A stretch of DNA of 64,000 nt from Marsupella aquatica (taxonomy: Eukaryota > Plantae > Marchantiophyta): NCBI GenBank assembly GCA_973895155.1, contig OZ316891.1:32472423-32536422 (forward strand), in the 5' to 3' direction. Shown here in pieces: positions 9,870 to 22,700 of the stretch. The notes beneath the pieces are model-generated. The model had not been told where the DNA came from, searched no databases, and saw only the letters and a list, made by a program, of their open reading frames with translations. The translations under genes were made by a program, and so were the position numbers. Each line of letters begins with the position of its first letter. Within the stretch, counting starts at the first letter, position 1.

Positions 9870-12800
9870 ATGTCAAACAAATCAAAGTCGTCTGGTTTGA
9901 CCGAGTCCTCACGGACATCCATCATCGATGAGATTTGGAAGAAGGACCTTTACACCGAGGAGAAACTTGTGAGAAATAGGTGGTACTTCAAGGATGCCCG
10001 AGCGATGGATATTCACAGAGCCTATAAAGGTCCAGCTATGTGGTTGGTTATAGTTAAGGGAAAAGACCATTGCCATTATGGATTAGTCGTGGACAGTGCG
10101 GAGGCAGATATCACCAACGCAAAAACAAAACAGCTGAAGAAGATTCCAATGTACCTTTGCATTCTTCCGAACAATGTCTTCATTGTAGTTGTCCTCAACT
10201 ACGAGAAACTTGATCGGGTCTCGATGAACACATTTCCTGATGACCCGATCTACAAGCTAATTTTGCAAGTTCCGAAGATTGAGGACTTTTCTTATTGGTG
10301 TTTGAAATTTGTCTTCAAGTCTTGGAGGGTTGTTGAGGATTTCACCAATGTTGCATATTGGTCCGTCGTTGGAGCTGACTTTGGCGTCAAAGAGCGTCCT
10401 CTGAAGTTGAAAGTGACAAAGCCTATCGATCTGGCTTCGAAGTCAGGGGAGATGTCTGGAACACCCTCGACAAAGGAGAAATCTGCCACAGTTTCTTTTA
10501 AGGAACCGGCAAAGAGGAAGCTTGCATATCAACTCTCCGGGGAAGGTTCTAAAGCAGCGGTGTCAGGAGAAGTTGCTGGCAAGAAGAAACTGGATCGATG
10601 TGACATCCAGAAGCGCGCACCATCTGCACTTGGAAGTGTTGTCTCATCTTTGGTCTTATCAATTTTACAGACACAGTCTCAGATTCCTTCAACTTTGTCA
10701 GGTGGGCCTTCTCTATCATCTAGGGGTGCGGTGAAAGAAAAGAAAAAAGATTCAACAGATACCACCACAGCTTTGCAGCGGGAAGAGACACTTGTGGTTT
10801 GTGAAGAAGTGTCTCGGTTGATGGAGATCAAGAGAGTTCAGAAGACAACAGTTATTCTGAAAATGACTAACCTACTTCTTGTTGACAATATTGACGATGA
10901 GAACTCAACATTGGTTTGAATAGTCGATCGGTTGCATGTGGAGAACATCAAGACTTTGATGAAAATGAATCCAACAAATTTCACCACGCCATTTGTCTAA
11001 TTTGTGATCCCCGAAGACTGCCCGACAGTGACAGACTGGGACCCAGAAAAGGCAAGGAGCTGGAGATATCGAGTGATTGGAGGTAATCACGGTGCTTGGG
11101 CTAAGAGAGAATTGTATCAGGCTTATGGGAGAGAGATCTTCAATGAACTCCAAGCTTGGGTGTATGCTGGTCTCACAAGGGAGGACATTCAGAAATTTAG
11201 CATCCAACATAATATTGATCAGGAGTACAGGAAAAAAATAAACAACATTGATCAAATCCAAACAATGCATAAGATTTTCCTTGCCAGAGGTATGGCAAAA
11301 ACCAAGGAGACTAGAGAAGCGTGTGCCATGGAGGTTTGCCACGACGGGTTTTTTCCAGGGGATGCCACAAGCCTGAAAAAGCATGAACCTCTCTTCCAAA
11401 TTGCGTTTAGGTCGGGTAAGGTCTGGGAACTCCAAGACCAGATCTTTGAGATGTGGAACAAGTTGGAGATCAAAGGGCAAAATAAGCAGAAGTCACCAAT
11501 CAAGAAACTGAAGAAAAAAGGAAAAGCACAGTCAATTCCAAAAGCTTTGAATAAGCTTGTAGGGGGCCTTACCCTGACACCTTGGAGAGCAATCCAGGGA
11601 ATTGAACACGACCAATTTTTGGAGTCCCTTCTTCTCCGAGTGAAGGACCGGATGATCTCTTTGGAGCAGATGGCAAAAGAAGCCGAGAGTTACAAGAAAC
11701 TTGTGAAAATCAGCAAGCTTTTTGTTCAGTTGTCAGGGCAGCCAGACTGGGCGACTTGCAAACAAATGTTTCCGAAAGAAATAGAATCTGCCAAGCTCGA
11801 AAGATGGAGTGGAAAGTTGTCCGATGTGGTATGTTCTCCCCTTCCATTGATTGGACTTTTCTATTTGTTTCTCATATGGTCGACTAATCTTATATGGTTT
11901 TAAGAATTTGGGTGGTTTCCTTCCTGGAATTCTTGTTTGAATGCGTACTAGTTGGATACGGGGTATCCCATCTCGGATTCACTTGTGGTTATTTGACGTT
12001 GGTGATGTTTCAATTTGGTTTTTGCTTGGTGGAATGCAAAGTGGGATACGGGGTATCCCATCTTGGATTCACTTGTGGTTTTTTTACTTTGGTGATGTTT
12101 CAATGTGCTTTTTGCTTGGTGGAATGCGAAGTGGGATACGGGGTATCCCATCTCGGATTCACTTGTGGTTATTTGACGTTGGTGATGTTTCAATGGGGTT
12201 TTTGCTTGGTTGAATGCAAAGTGGGATACGGGGTATCCCATGTTGCATTCGTTGTCCAGATTTGATTGTTTGAATACCTAAATGGTTGTCTCCCCATTGT
12301 CTTTTCTTTGGATTCTTTTAACAAGTTTGCGTTTGCAGTTGAAAGCTTTTTCAAAGAAGAAGAACAAGGATGCAATTGGTGCCAATTTGGTTGAGAAGCC
12401 TTCAGAGGAGCTGACTTCAAGTGTTATTCCCCCGGGGTTTAAGAATTATGTTCAAGAAGCGATTGAGAACTACAACCATCGTCGTGGGATTGAAACGGTT
12501 GAAGCAGAGTCGAGTGACCATCGATGGAAAAATGCTGATGGAAATTTCATCAGATATACATTGCATTGTGGAGATGTCAGGGCGCTGGATAAGTTTGAAG
12601 AGAAAAGGAATTACACACTTGCAATTGCAGACATTCCTTATGGATTCAATGCGCCTGGCTCTGAAAATGATGAGGTCTCATTTTCAGAGAGTGACATTGT
12701 GGTTGTGGTGAAGTGTTTTGCCAAGGTGACAAGTTCAAAGATGTGGAGGTTTGTTGTGATTCACTCTTTGCAGCAAACTTGGTCTGTGATGAATGCCCTG

Positions 12801-13448
12801 GGAAAAACTTGTAACGTAGGTGTCAAGGCTGGAATTTGGGAGAAGCCAAATGTACATGCTCATCCTTCCGGGAATCGATTGGCTTGGGCTTTTGAAAACT
12901 GGTCAATCGGATATTATCACGAGAGTGGTATTAGGACCAGAGACATGTACAATTTTGAACATGATGAGAAAAGGGTAAACATCATAAAAGTTCCTTGTGT
13001 TACAAAGAAATGTGTAACACCATTGTGGGAAATACTGAACCCTTACTAGAAGCCGATAGCTCTAGCAGATTGGTTCATTCAACATTTTAGTGAAGTAGGG
13101 GATTGGGTTGCTGATTTATGTGCGGGGAGTGGTTCGACCTCATGCGCTGCCTTGTTAGGGAAACGTCCGATGACAGCCGTGGAGCTCAGTTCAAGCCAGG
13201 TGGATTGTATCCGGACCCGACTTGTCACGCTTGATGAATTGTGGGACTTGAATGATGAAGCAACCAATGAGGGTACAGGACCTATGAGCTTCGAGGTTCA
13301 ACCACCTATTGGTGGTACTACGAGCACCCTCACCACTGGAACTTGCATCATTACAATGGCGGAGGAGAACGACAATGATGAGGATGAAGAGGATGAAGTG
13401 GAACATGAAGCTCCAACACTTGATCTTGGCTCATTCCTTGAGGTGTAG
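9870..13448 (+). pseudogene. ParB/Srx-like domain + beta-class amino (N6-adenine/N4-cytosine) DNA methyltransferase fusion; exons 9870-11828 and 12339-13448 (~1,020 codons; in-frame stops at 10917, 10998, 13047)
   Basis: ParB-like YRVIGGNHGAWA...AWVYAGL...QHN (~11070-11215). MTase LHCGDVR...LAIADIPYG (motif IV, ~12630), then NPY*KPIAL (QKP) and VADLCAGSGSTS...AVELS (motifs I/II, ~13110-13185), which is beta-class order. The phase-0 GTATGT...TTGCAG intron joins the frames exactly. Confidence 0.85.
11945..12250. repeat. 90-bp tandem repeat (4 cores, GGGATACGGGGTATCCC) inside the ParB-MTase intron
   Basis: Cores at about 11951, 12041, 12131 and 12221. Same palindrome and same 90-bp period as the 9270-9820 array. 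Confidence 0.92.
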
Positions 13449-13563
13449 ACTTTAGTTTGATTAGTTCTCTCATGTTGTATCTATTGATCCAAACTTGTGA
13501 AATATTGAGGAAGATTATGATTGTCCGACTATGTTCTTATTTCACAAAGTAATGTCTTTGCAG

Positions 13564-13983
13564 GAACCAAAGGTGGATTTTGTATTGAAACATGTTCTAC
13601 ATAGATTCTCACACAATACTTCTAGTGGGTTTCTTTTGGATAATAAAATATTGAGCCAACTTGAACCCGGTCAATATTTGGGTGATGAAATAATGGAATT
13701 TTACCCACAATTAATAACCAAGGAACATGGAGATCTGGCTCCCTCAGTAAACACATTATCCTTTTTTTTTTTACCCTTGGCTTGTTTCAAGGATTGAAAT
13801 AGAACCAGCTGAGACCTTATTGGAATCAATTCAAAAGATGCAAAATTATTACAAGCCACTATTTTCCCAAATTGAGATCATTCTCATGCCAATTCACATG
13901 AGCATGCACTGGAGTCTGGTTGTAATATGTTTGGATCGGATCGAATCTTTGATCAAAATGTATCATCTAGACTCTCTTGCCGG
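13564..13983 (+). pseudogene. Ulp1/SENP-like C48 cysteine protease fragment, frameshifted and truncated by an LTR insertion
   Basis: LEPGQYLGDEIMEFY ... ILMPIHMSMHWSLVVIC ... MYHLDSL gives the catalytic His and Asp. The Gln/Cys segment is lost at the LTR junction. Confidence 0.8.
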
Positions 13984-15552
13984 TGTCCGGGTGACCGTGT
14001 TTTCTGGTAAGAGCATGTTGGCTCTTATAAAGTTAACCTTGCATGCCCATAAGTTCTACACTAAAACCAAAATGATAACTTTTGTCAGAAGGGTGGTGGG
14101 TATTAAGAAAGGTTCAGGTGAAACTAATATACTATTAAATCCTACTTCACCATACTTGCGGATCAACACATCTCGGAAACTAATTTTTCTACGACATACA
14201 ATCCTAATATCTCAAAAAGAAAATGAAATAGGAATGTCATCTGGACTCCTATTTAGATCCATGACTTCAATAAAAGACAAAGATAATGCACTCCCACTCC
14301 TCTCGGTAAGACACTATTGGGTATACTATTGGTTCATTAGAACTCATAACAACAGCTGCAAATTGAGCTCCAAAGTGATAAGTTAAATGTTGCCTCATGG
14401 ATGGCTTGTCTAAAAAATGGACTCTAACCAAAAATGGGTTACGAAGGGGAAGATTAGGAATATCTCTCCCTCCTAGATTCATAATGACTCTCTTATTCCT
14501 TTGCTATCCGGGCCAAAGAATGCCCCACCCCTAAGTTCCCAAAGAGACCTTGTTCCCTAAGATCCCATCTATAAGTCTACCATTCATTCCTTTGCTATTT
14601 GGGCCAAAGGATGCCCCACTACTATATACATAAGGCAAAGAATAGAAGAGAAAGATGAGAGAAGAAAAGAGGATCGCTTCGACATGGAAATTATCAAAAT
14701 GTGAGAATGAAGAGAGAGTGTCTCTCACCACTTTATTTATATTGAATCCAAGAGGGCATGGATTACGCCCAAATGCTTGGATGAAAGCCAAATGGCACAC
14801 ATCCAACATAGGAATGTGTGCTAGTACTATTGCAATCAAAACAAATAATGCATGCAAGTAAAATAACTAATGCATGCACCTAAAATAATTTGTGCATGCA
14901 TGCATCTTGTGGCTTGCACATTTGCTCACCTTGCATGCGCATAAAACAACTAATGCATGCAAATAAAATAATTTGCATGCATCTAAAATAATTTGTGCAT
15001 GCATCTTATGGCTTGCACATTTTTTCACCTTGCATGTACATAAAACAACTAATGCATGCAAATAAAACAATTTGCATGCATCTAAAACAATTTGTGCATG
15101 CATCTTGTGGCTTGCACATTTGCTCACCTTGCATGCACATAAAACAACTAATGCATGCAAATAAAACAATTTGCATACATCTAAAACAATTTGTGCATGC
15201 ATCTTGTGGCTTGCACATTTGCTCACCTTGCATGCACATAAAGCAACTAATGCATGCAAATAAAACAATTTGCATGTATTTAAAACAATTTGTGCATGCA
15301 CCTTATGGCTTGCACATTTTCTCACCTTGCATGCACATAAAACAACTATTGCATGCTAATAAAACAATTTACACATGCATCCAAATAATTTGTGCATGCA
15401 TCTTGTGATTTGCATAGTTGCTTACCTTGCATGCACATACGTAATAGTCAAATTATTTAGTTACCCCGTAACAAAATATAAATCTAACCTATATACTTAC
15501 TAATATACTTAGTGGTAATGATTTCATCATGAATAATTGAATTATCACGACA
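13984..15552 (-). mobile_element. Putative 3' LTR of Gypsy family B
   Basis: TGTC...GACA ends. Begins where Ulp1 homology stops. A purine-rich tract (GGTAGGAGTGATA, minus strand) lies between the integrase stop and the TG. No partner LTR found in the window. Confidence 0.6.
14845..15440. repeat. 99-bp tandem repeat (~6 copies, ATGCATGC-rich) within LTR B
   Basis: AAAACAACTAATGCATGC-like unit at 14943, 15042, 15141, 15240 and ~15338. Confidence 0.92.
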
Positions 15553-15595
15553 TATCACTCCTACCAAACCTGTGCAACCTCCGAATGCACCACAC

Positions 15596-18500
15596 CTATA
15601 GATCGCGATAATTTTCATTCTCATCCAAAGCTTCAAAGTCATCTAGTTCAAACTCTTCCTCTTCTGCCATAAAGTGAGTTCGCCGCTTGAACAATTTCAC
15701 TTGCTTTCCTGCATAGGGAGTGCGATGAATTGCTCCATCCAGTTCTCTAACCAAGTAGGTTGCATTAGGATTGACTTTTTCAACAACAAACGGTCCTCTC
15801 CAACGACGTGCAAACTTCTTTAAGGTAGAATGTTGTTGCTCAAGGCCTCCTTCATAGATCAACACCCAATCTCCACTCTGGATTGGAATTGGCCTCAAAC
15901 GATAAGTCTTATCAAATCGCTCCTTATTCTTCTCATGAGCCTCCTTTAGCCTTAGCAAAGCCTCCTCAATTTTCTCCTTGGTCTGGCTAAAGTGCTCAAT
16001 CCTTCGTTCCAATAATTTCTCTCGAGTGATGTCATCTTCCCAATCAATTGTTCTCCTGCTTTGAACATTCTCTTCAATCTGCATCAAAGGTAAATGTTCA
16101 CAGACCAATTCGGCAGGTGCAAATCCTGTTGTTGAAGTGCATGTCATCCGATCTGCTAAAAGAGCAAACGGTAGAAGGTTTGGCCACATTTATGCTTTTC
16201 TTTGGCAAGACTTTACCAAGGCATTTACAATCGGTGGGTGTCCTCGCTCAATCTTCCCATTGCCTTCCGGGTTGTAGGCAGTAGTAAGTTTGAGCTTGAT
16301 GTTGAATTGATCAAAGAAATCTACAGCCTCATCCGAATTGAGTTCTCCTCTATCTGCTCTCATTTGCACAAAATAACCATGACGTGCAATGATATCTTCA
16401 AGTACAAACCTGCATACTGCTTCAGTAGTATTAGAGGTCAAAGCCCTTCCTTCCACATAAGAAGATAAATCTTCTCTTGCAAGGACAAGGTACTTTGCTC
16501 CTCTAACTTCCAATGGCATGTGCACCACATCTATTGCCCACTGAAAATGTAATGATAAAGGACTAGTAGGATTAAGCCCATCCCTAAATCAAACTTTAGA
16601 GTAATATTGGCAAGTCTTACAAGACCCAACATATGATTTTACATCCACATACATGTCTGACCACCAATACCATCTCTGAATCCGCTCATAAGTAGCTCTA
16701 ACTCCTCGATGTCCTACTTCAATTGCATCATGAGAGTCCCACAAGACCTTTTTCTTCTCCTCTTCAGTATCAAGGACTCTACATGAAACATGTCCTTTCT
16801 TCAAAGATCTTCTCCATAAGACACCATCCTTCAGCATGAACTTGTAAGCCTTCTTCCGTAATCGCTGAAACTCATCATCTATCAATTCAAAAGACCTTTG
16901 AAAAGTACTAAGGTACCTTCCAATCAAAAGCAACTGTCCAAAATATAGCTCCTCCTGAAACTGTAAAACCTCAAATTCTCTACTCATAACTTGAACTGCT
17001 TCTATCTCAGTATGATCATATCGAGCTCTTGACAGCATATTAGCTACAGGGTTATCTTTTCCAGCAATGTGCCGAAGCTTAGGATTGATCATTCTGATAA
17101 AAGCTATCCAACATAGCATAGCAATATCTGGAGTATCACAATTAGCAATCATCCCTAAAAGTGGTAAACAATCTGTCTCAAAAATTACTTGTGCTCCAAT
17201 CAAGGAGACCTTTTCTTGACACAAAGTTGTTCTTGCACCCCATAATTCTTGTTTGATTTGAGGATAATGTCTTTATCTTGCTGAAAAGACCTTAGCCCCA
17301 AACCTTGATGCAAATCTCCTTCCCTCCTTGTCATCTTGCCCTACTGCCCATCCAACAACATCAAGGCTTGAATCAATAGTAACAATGATTGGCCTTCCAT
17401 CATAGCATAAGGGACGTAGAACAAGGGGGCTAAGTAATGCCTCCTTTAATCTTTGCATAGCCTCCTTGTGTGCCTCAGTCCAAACAAATTGCACATTCTT
17501 CCTTAGTAATCCATACAAGGGATCAGCAATATGTGCAAAGTGTGGAATCCAAACCCTATAAAACAAACAAGCACCAAGAAATCTTTGCACCTCTGAAGAT
17601 GTTCTGCAATCTTTCATCTGATTGATGGCATCCACCTTTCCTTCATTTGACCTCCTCCCTTCAACTCCACAAATCTGTCCCACAATCAGGACTTCACGGA
17701 GCCCAAATGAAATTTTTTCTCCATAAAGAGTGAGCCCAACCTCAATCAGTCTCTTCAAGATGGCCTTCACATCCTGAATGTGCTCCCATACAAACTGTTG
17801 CAATCCATCTTCTCGTACAGTCTCATCCTTCTTTGCTTCCAAACACCCCTTGATTGGCATATCATCAAGGAATGGTTGAGTCTTCTCTGGAATAAAACAA
17901 TGTAGTACCTTATTCATGGCATTCTGCATGTGTGCCACTGAATTGGTTGCTCCTTGAGGCAAAGTACACATGCGAAGTAGCCCCAAAAGTGTCCTCATTG
18001 TAGTGATATCCCTGCTACTTTGAGCCAACTGAAACTGATCATAGCCTAAATAGAGGTCACCATATGAATAGATGGCTCTACCGGCAAACTCTTCTGCAAA
18101 CTCATCAACTATAGGTCCTATTCCAGAGTTGCAAATAGTAACCTTGTTGGGGGGTTGCATATCCTGAATAAATCTAAGTTTACAATTTTTCTTGTGAATG
18201 GTAAACCAACGATTAGAATAAGATGCATCTGCTCTTTCCAAGATCCTAGTGGAAAGCTTCTCCTTCAATAGATCAATAAGTTTATGCAACAAAGCCTTTG
18301 GCACCGGAATAGGTTTCAAATCCCAAGGAATATGAGGGACAGTGAAAATTACCATAGGAGTAACAACACTAGGATCCATACATCCCATCTCTTCAGGATA
18401 AAAGGCAAAAGCCTTACCATGTTCACCAATCATTCGTCAAAACTTCTCTCTTTCTGTTCTTGTCAACAACCCATCATCGCCAATCCTTAGTTGATTAAGG

Positions 18501-18789
18501 GTCTCCTTTGTGAATTTATGGCCAATCTTAGTTCGATCTCTAAGACTGGTCTCCTTCCTTGCCTTCTCCAGAACCTCCTTAGCATTCAAAAGCAAAGGAA
18601 GTGTCGCTGGTCTCACTTTCTTGTCCACCATTTTGTACTTGGTGTTGAGCTCAAGAAATTGAGATAATTCACCATACAACTCATGACTGATTTCCATAAA
18701 AGTTTTACCCTCTGAAAGACCTTCAATTACTTCTTCCAAAGAGACTACCACTCCTTCTTCATCTAGAAGGCCTTCAATCTCCTCACATT
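15596..18789 (-). pseudogene. Gypsy family B pol: RT, RNase H, integrase (several in-frame stops)
   Basis: RT LPQGATNS/PFLDD. RNase H IVTIDSS...ETDCLPL...HIAGKDNPVANMLSR. Integrase HHCC (H..GH...CKTC), RADRGE, YNPEGNGKIER, GPF. Confidence 0.92.
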
Positions 18790-19721
18790 CACTACAACAT
18801 ATTTGACACTTTTGCAAAGGTATTTTTGTCAACGCTCTTGTATTTCCGATGGGCGGCGCTTTGCATATTTTGCGAATCAACCCGTATCGCAAATATAATA
18901 GCTAAAGCGCATTATATCGCTAATTGCAAAGTACGTGGTTTTGCAAATTTTACCAAAACGCGTCGAATGGAAAGGCGCCTTTCAAAGATGGAAAAATCGC
19001 TCGCCGACTCCGAAACTAACTCATGTAAATATTTGCAAAGAAGATTGGATTGAAAATGTTTTGCGATAGTAGTTGTTTGACAAGTTTAAGAATGTCGGAG
19101 GATGGAAGATTTGCAAAACGGTGAAAATATGAAATTTGTGATTGATTTTGCATCACAAGTTTGCGAAGAGTGTAGTATAAAAATATTGAGAAACGAGAAG
19201 ATTCATAGAAATTGCGAGTCCGGTGAGAGTTTGTGAGCTTCGCAAATTATTCACAAACTAAAAATTAAGATTATTGTGAGGTGAGACAATGAAGAGGGTG
19301 GATGGTCCAATATATGGATGGGGCAGGAGGGAAGAGGAAGGGAGGATAGAGGGAGGTACAATGAAGGATGGAAAAGGGAGGGAGTACAATGGAAGAGGAA
19401 GGAGGGAGGAGAAAGAGGAAGGGAGGAGGAGGGACAGACGTACCACGGAGGAGGGAAACACGAGAGTGAGAATGAAAATTATGGAATAAGTAGGAAATAA
19501 AGTTATATTGAGCAACAGAGGTTAGATAGAAAGTTGCATGTAAAATTCACAAGTGATCACAATAAAACAATACAATACATATGTCATGAGTATGACTCAT
19601 TCAAAAGTGAATGGCAAATATAAATATAGACAATCCTTTTTTTATATCACCAAACATGAACAAATCAAATATAACATGAACAAATGTCTAGGCTGGACCC
19701 AAGTGCATATAAATATGTCCC

Positions 19722-22700
19722 TCACACTTGGTCCTCATCGGCCTCAAGGTCATCTAGGTCTGATACAATAACATCTGGCTTCTCAAAAACAATGGAACGA
19801 GAACGTGGCACATAGGTGATGACAATTGACCACTCGGTGTCTAAGGGGTATGGAATGTAGAAACATTGCTCCAAGTGTGATGGGAAAGCAAATGGTTCTG
19901 ACGTTTGCCAATGAGATGCTTGAACACTAGTGGCACTTGTCTTCAACCGTGTAAACCCACTCTCATCTTGAAGTACAGTGCAATTTTGACCAACAAGGTT
20001 CACTTTGAACCACTTGCACTTGAAGACATATTCCTCAAACTTTGAATGGTTGTCATATGATACCACCAAGATCTCCTCTATCTTCCCATAGTGTGGCACA
20101 ACATCTCTAACAATGTTCCTGTCATGGCGGCTGCTTCTGGAGTCTTGAGAAAATTCCCCTTGAACTCCACAATCAAAAGTACGACCCCTCTTCTCATAAG
20201 GGAAGAAACCCTGAAATGAACAAAACCCACAAATTTTTATTACACTGTAAAAGATACCATTAATGTAATAATCATCAAAATATGACACCTATCCCTAAAT
20301 AGCCAAAACCCACATGGCCTATGGCATAATTATAGAAGCCAACATTACAGTTATGGATGTCATTAATGATAATAGAAAGTTTTTAAACAATAGAAATAAC
20401 TAATCAAAATAAGGTCTACATGAATTAATAGAGGAAGAAAGGTTAGGTACTAGTGGACCTGAAGTGTCTCCCTTGTGTCCACATAGCCGTCTTGGATGTC
20501 ACCACTCTCAAAGGGCCATGAACAATGGTCCGAACGTCATCTGTGATGGTAGGAAAGTGGGACACATCTCCTCCTTGTGTCACCATGTCATCCAACTCAA
20601 GCAACTTTTGCTTCATATACTCATGCATCTTAGGAAAAATTCTTGCTCTTTGACTTGTTCTCTTGGCATTCTCATAAAACTCTCTCCATTTCTCCATGAT
20701 ATTACTATTACTCAACATAAATGTTGTCAACTGTGACCACTCTGTTGATGTCAACATGCGTGTTTTTGTGGCACCTGTTAAACGGTCCTCCTCCTCTTCT
20801 CTTTCCTCCATCCAAGTACGTGGACAAGTAGGATCAATGGTGGCCAAGATGTTACTACAATAAATCATACTCTTTGCTGCCAAGTATCATGTAGCTATGC
20901 TTCCCTCCACCAGTGCACGGTTACGTACATAAGCCTTCAACACCGCCATGTAACGCTCAAGCCAATACATCCATCTACAATGCACTGGACCTGCAATGGC
21001 AACCTCCCGCACAAGATGCACAAGTAAATGAACCTGACAATCAAAGAAGGAAGGAGGAAGGGCTTTCTCCAACTTGCATACCACCTCAGCTGCCAATACC
21101 TCCATCCCAGGGATCTCTTCTACATATATCTCCTTTGAGCATATCCATCTCAACAAACGACCCAATGACCAGATGGCATCTTGCACTTCTTCACTCCCTA
21201 TACCTATAATTGCCACTGGCAATATATGCTGCAATAGGCGATGATAGTCATGTGTCTTCAGATATCGTGGCCACTTGTGATTGTCCTCCATCCCAAAAGC
21301 TTTTCGAAGGTTGGCACCATAGCCTGTAGGAAACCGCATCTCTCCTATACGGTTCCAAAATTCACGTCTTTGGCCAACACTCAACACCCAAGGAGCAGAA
21401 GGACGATTCTCCACACCTGTGATAGGATCAATTGTCACCCAAACATCTGGATGCATTTTCATCTCCTCGCATGCCTCCCTAAAATTAGTGTCCTTCTCCC
21501 CATAAAAATGCTTTATCAAAGCCTTCCCCCCACATTTCCCTCTATGTGCATGGGGTCTAAAAGATGGCGGATCTTCAACTCAGACCAATAGGGCAAAGTG
21601 GCTAGTATACTCCACCTGGTCAAACCTGTCCTATCAAAGGTGAAGGAATCATTTGGGTCTGCCACCCTATCAGCTAGTGACTTCCAATGTGCAAAACTTG
21701 TTGCATCAGGAATTTCACGCTCATCACCAAATGGCATGTCAAAGGAGGAGAATAGAAGTGGGTCAAACCTCATCTCATGCCCCATGGGAAGAAACTTTGT
21801 ATGCCCAATATAAACAATCTTTCTAATCCATGAACAATATGTGGCCATGTCCTCTAAGCTTGGGCCACAAGTAGAGTAAGCTTTGTACCCCTGAGTTTGC
21901 AATCCAGAGACAAAACCAAACCCTGCTTACATAGAAGAAATCAAACCATGCAAACTTTATGTTAGAGTTGTCACATGAGAAACATCAATAGGAACTACAC
22001 ATTATTGAAGGGTTGCAAATGGCATGGAAGTCATCTTACCAGGATAGTCACGCATTGTCCAACAAATGATCCCTCTCAATTGAAAGACACGTGGAAAACC
22101 TCCTGTAATTTTCCTGCCATCATATGCCCACACTCCATTCCATAATTTTTGAAGTTCTCCAACCAATAGTGCCAAGTAAGTGTCAAAGTTCTTCACCTTT
22201 TTTGGACCTGGGATAATCAAAGACAATAAAAGGAACCCCTTCTTCATGGATAGCCATGGTGGGAGGTTATAATTCATGACAACCACAGGCCAAACTGATG
22301 TAGGTTGCCCCTTTCCTCCAAGTGAATGAGGGCTAACTCCATCAGATGCCAATCCTAGCCTCACATGGCGAGGATCATGTGCAAAGTCTGGCCATGTTGC
22401 CTCAATATGTTTGTGAGCAGGGGAGTCAACTGGCAACCGCATGACACCAGACTCTGATCGATGAGTCTTATGCCATACCATCAACTCTGCCAAGTCAGAA
22501 CACCGATACATGTGCAACAACCGAGGAATGATGGGAAACCAACGAACAACCTTCCTTGGCACCTTCTTTGTTAGCATGTTGGGGTCATAGCGAGGCTCAT
22601 CACATGTTGTACATTGTGTCATGTTTGCATTGGCCCCATGAAATAACATGCAATCATTCACACATGCATGAACAATATGATATTCCATGCCAATAGATGA

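Noticed and set aside
9270-12250. CRISPR-like appearance of palindromic repeats at regular spacing
   Set aside because: The spacers within each array are copies of one another (tandem repeat), there are no cas genes, and the context is eukaryotic.
14867-15408. Cys/His-rich repetitive ORFs (similar ones at 9476-9847, 11894-12265, 59306-60194)
   Set aside because: They are translations of tandem repeats with no coding signal.
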